Part shown: positions 60,536 to 64,000 of the stretch, one piece after another
How the letters are laid out: every line of letters starts with the position of its first letter
How positions within the stretch are numbered: the first letter of the stretch is position 1
Origin: Gammaproteobacteria bacterium
Lineage (GTDB): Bacteria; Pseudomonadota; Gammaproteobacteria; Pseudomonadales; Pseudohongiellaceae
Direction: 5' to 3'
Length of the DNA stretch: 64,000 bases
Assembly (NCBI GenBank): GCA_040218615.1
Contig: JAVJRC010000004.1
Location: forward strand, 77,659-141,658
Program-made: the position numbers and the translations under genes
Notes under the pieces: model-generated
The model's database searches: none
Told to the model about the DNA's origin: nothing
The model's input: the letters and a program-made list of their open reading frames with translations, nothing else

Positions 60536-61111
60536 ATGCGCACCACAGTCTTCTCTACCCCCCTGCTCACTCCACTGCTCCGGCTGATCTCTGTGGTGAT
60601 CCTGAAGCTTATTGGCTGGAGAACCCGGGGCGAGCCGCTGCAACATCAACGCTGCGTACTGATTGGTGCACCTCATACCAGTAACTGGGATTTCCCATTG
60701 ATGCTCATGGTGGTACTCAAACTCAAACTGCGAGTATTCTGGATGGGTAAGCACACCCTGTTTCCATTTGGTCTTGGCTGGTTCATGAAATGGTTGGGTG
60801 GCATTCCCATCGACAGAAGTGCCGCTCACAATGTGGTCGGCGAAACAGTCAGGCAATATACCGAGAACGATGAACTGATCGTGCTGATTCCACCCGAGGG
60901 CACAAGAAAAAAAGTCGATCGCTGGAAGACCGGTTTTTACCACATTGCCAACCTGGCGGCGGTACCGATATTGCTGGGTTATGTGGATGCGTCGAAAAAG
61001 GAGGCGGGTTTCGCTGACTTCTACTCACCCAGCGGAGACATCGAACGGGATATGGTTGAAATCAGGGCATTCTACGCTGAGAAACAGGGATTGAATCCGC
61101 AGAACACCTGA
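60536..61111 (+). CDS. Lysophospholipid (PlsC-family) acyltransferase
   Basis: 191 aa with an N-terminal TM, HTSNWD (HxxxxD) catalytic motif and PEGTR block. Confidence 0.8.
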   Translation: MRTTVFSTPLLTPLLRLISVVILKLIGWRTRGEPLQHQRCVLIGAPHTSNWDFPLMLMVVLKLKLRVFWMGKHTLFPFGLGWFMKWLGGIPIDRSAAHNVVGETVRQYTENDELIVLIPPEGTRKKVDRWKTGFYHIANLAAVPILLGYVDASKKEAGFADFYSPSGDIERDMVEIRAFYAEKQGLNPQNT

Positions 61112-61126
61112 GGACCCGTGATTAAC

Positions 61127-61849
61127 TCAGCTCTGCGGTGCTGCCGGGCTGTAGCTCAGGCAACGCAGGGCATTATCGATAATATAGGCAGCGTACTCTT
61201 CCATGCCAACTTCTTGTAGCCGAAATTTCCAGTGCTTGAGATGCCACTGTTGTAGTTGTGCGGTGATGGAAGACGCCAACAAAGCCGGCTTCTCACAGGA
61301 AAATTCTCCCTTGGCCACTCCCGCCTGAATCGCATCCACGAGGATAGAATCAAAGCGAAGTTCCAGATCCAGCGCTTGTTGTTGCTGTTCCTTGTCCAGC
61401 CCCTTGAGTTCCATATAACAAAAGTAATACCAGGGATTAAGCAACTGCATCATGAATATTTCACCGTAGACAATTGCTCGCAAGCGTTCTACCGGCTCAA
61501 GATCCTGATTAACAAGCTCCCCAATCACCTGATCGATATACTGCCGCAGCACTCCTTCTATAACTGAGGCAAGGTCGTTCTTGCTGCCAATATAGGCGTA
61601 AAGACCACCCATGCTGATTCCGGTTTCCCGGCTTAAATCTCGCAGACTCATGGCCTGAAAGCCCTTGCCATTGGCAAGCTTGAATGTTGCGGAGAAAATT
61701 TTTTCCAGATTGCCTATGGCGACTTTTGGATTCTTTATTTGAATCTTGTCCTTGTGCATGTCGAAGACACTGGTCCAGAAGGGTTCTCCCTCCAGTTTCC
61801 ATGCGCGACGAAAAGCAGCAAGTGTTGTCTCTGTGGGCCAGTCAGCCAT
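61127..61849 (-). CDS. TetR/AcrR family transcriptional regulator
   Basis: HTH MSLRDLSRETGISMGGLYAYIGSKNDL. Confidence 0.85.
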   Translation of the reverse strand: MADWPTETTLAAFRRAWKLEGEPFWTSVFDMHKDKIQIKNPKVAIGNLEKIFSATFKLANGKGFQAMSLRDLSRETGISMGGLYAYIGSKNDLASVIEGVLRQYIDQVIGELVNQDLEPVERLRAIVYGEIFMMQLLNPWYYFCYMELKGLDKEQQQQALDLELRFDSILVDAIQAGVAKGEFSCEKPALLASSITAQLQQWHLKHWKFRLQEVGMEEYAAYIIDNALRCLSYSPAAPQS

Positions 61850-61965
61850 ATCTCGGACTTATCAATGAATTCTGCGAGTGATGCTATTTATTTTGAGTTC
61901 TTCATTTTATACCAGACTCCAGCGTGATGTCGCCGCGGATGACGGACACTATCGATCAGCCTTGA

Positions 61966-62673
61966 TCAGAACCAGTAGGAAGCCACGGCACTGGAACCTG
62001 CGACCAGACAAAGTAACAAGGAACCCCGGCGCAGATTCTGATGAGAGATCAGGTGCAGGCTACGCATGGCGACCCAGTAACCCGCCAGTGTTGCGGGCAT
62101 CAAAGGCAGCGCCAGTTGCATTTCCTGCCAACCGAAGCGGCCGACGGTGGCCAGCATTGCCAGTGTCATGCAGGCACTGAAAATAAAGAATGCAGCCATA
62201 TTGGCGCGGATGAAATCACTGGCCTGATGCTGCAACACCAGCGCCATGGGCGGCCCCCCTATAGACGAGCTGGTCCCCATGAAGCCGGACAGAAACCCGG
62301 CAGAAAACATGGCCTTGTTGGTGGGTTTGAGTACGATGTTGGTGAGACTCAAGCCCACTGCCACCAGCACTGACAAGCCCAACCAAAGCGCCAATGCACG
62401 TTGGTCAATCCATAACAGAAGCAGGCCGCCGATTACTGTGCCGGGCACCCTGCCAAAAATGGCAAATTTGAGCCCTTTCAAAGAAATGGAATGTCGATGT
62501 TTAAAGGCATTGGGTAGCGACAGGGTAAGCGCGGAGACGGTAATGGGCGCTGGCACGTAGAGCGGGTCGATGAAGAACAGCAACGGCGCGGCAATGATCG
62601 CCAGGCCAAAACCGATCGAGCTCTGCACGAAGGATCCAACAAATATCACCAGGAAGGCGATAGCTATATCCAT
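61966..62673 (-). CDS. TauE/SafE family anion exporter
   Basis: 235 aa, 7-8 TM, with duplicated Gly-rich helices typical of TauE/SafE. Confidence 0.8.
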   Translation of the reverse strand: MDIAIAFLVIFVGSFVQSSIGFGLAIIAAPLLFFIDPLYVPAPITVSALTLSLPNAFKHRHSISLKGLKFAIFGRVPGTVIGGLLLLWIDQRALALWLGLSVLVAVGLSLTNIVLKPTNKAMFSAGFLSGFMGTSSSIGGPPMALVLQHQASDFIRANMAAFFIFSACMTLAMLATVGRFGWQEMQLALPLMPATLAGYWVAMRSLHLISHQNLRRGSLLLCLVAGSSAVASYWF

Positions 62674-62857
62674 ATCCAGTGTTCCCTATTCCCGCTATCT
62701 CGCCGAGCTCTGAGTTGAAATCGAAGCAGTTTGAAGCCTATCGCCTGCGTCTGCAGTCGCCAGAGATTGATTGTATGAATAATTGGCGCTTACCGCACTC
62801 AATGACGTCACCCTTGCTCCGGAACCTGCAATGTCCATTGACTGACTTGGCGAATAA

Positions 62858-64000
<1,143 letters not shown>

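Overview
This 64 kb window looks like a core-chromosome segment of a gammaproteobacterium. Gene order resembles Pseudomonadales/Cellvibrionales, and GC content looks moderate by eye. About 55 genes are densely packed and most are housekeeping blocks:
- cdsA-uppS-frr-pyrH-tsf-rpsB (minus strand)
- map-glnD-yffB-dapD-dapE
- rsmJ-uppP-tsaB
- adk, mazG, rlmD, cysM
- recO-era-rnc-DUF4845-lepB-lepA-mucD-rseA-rpoE, divergent from nadB
- sdhE-ygfX / ygfZ
- trmJ / suhB
- a 3'-truncated class III alcohol dehydrogenase at the right edge

No rRNA, CRISPR array, transposase, integrase or recognisable defence system was seen.

The parts not explained by ordinary annotation are:
1. A three-copy family of 112-185 bp structured palindromic elements at 5296-5465, 5653-5764 and 30049-30233. 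The core is conserved, and the long outer arms differ between copies only by fully compensated substitutions.
2. Two tandem, extremely basic Lys/Ala-rich proteins plus a ~460 bp AT-rich spacer, sitting between tsaB and adk. Ribosomal protein S2 also carries a long acidic-then-polylysine tail.
3. An arsenosugar-type locus (GT2, rSAM ArsS, ArsM) next to tRNA-Arg(CCU). It is divergent from a three-gene operon encoding a TPR-sulfotransferase, a TPR GT-C-like membrane protein and a membrane-fused spermidine-synthase-like protein.
4. Synteny gaps: no relA between rlmD and mazG, and no rseB between rseA and mucD.

All functional calls come from reading the translations against remembered family motifs and gene order. 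No database search was run.
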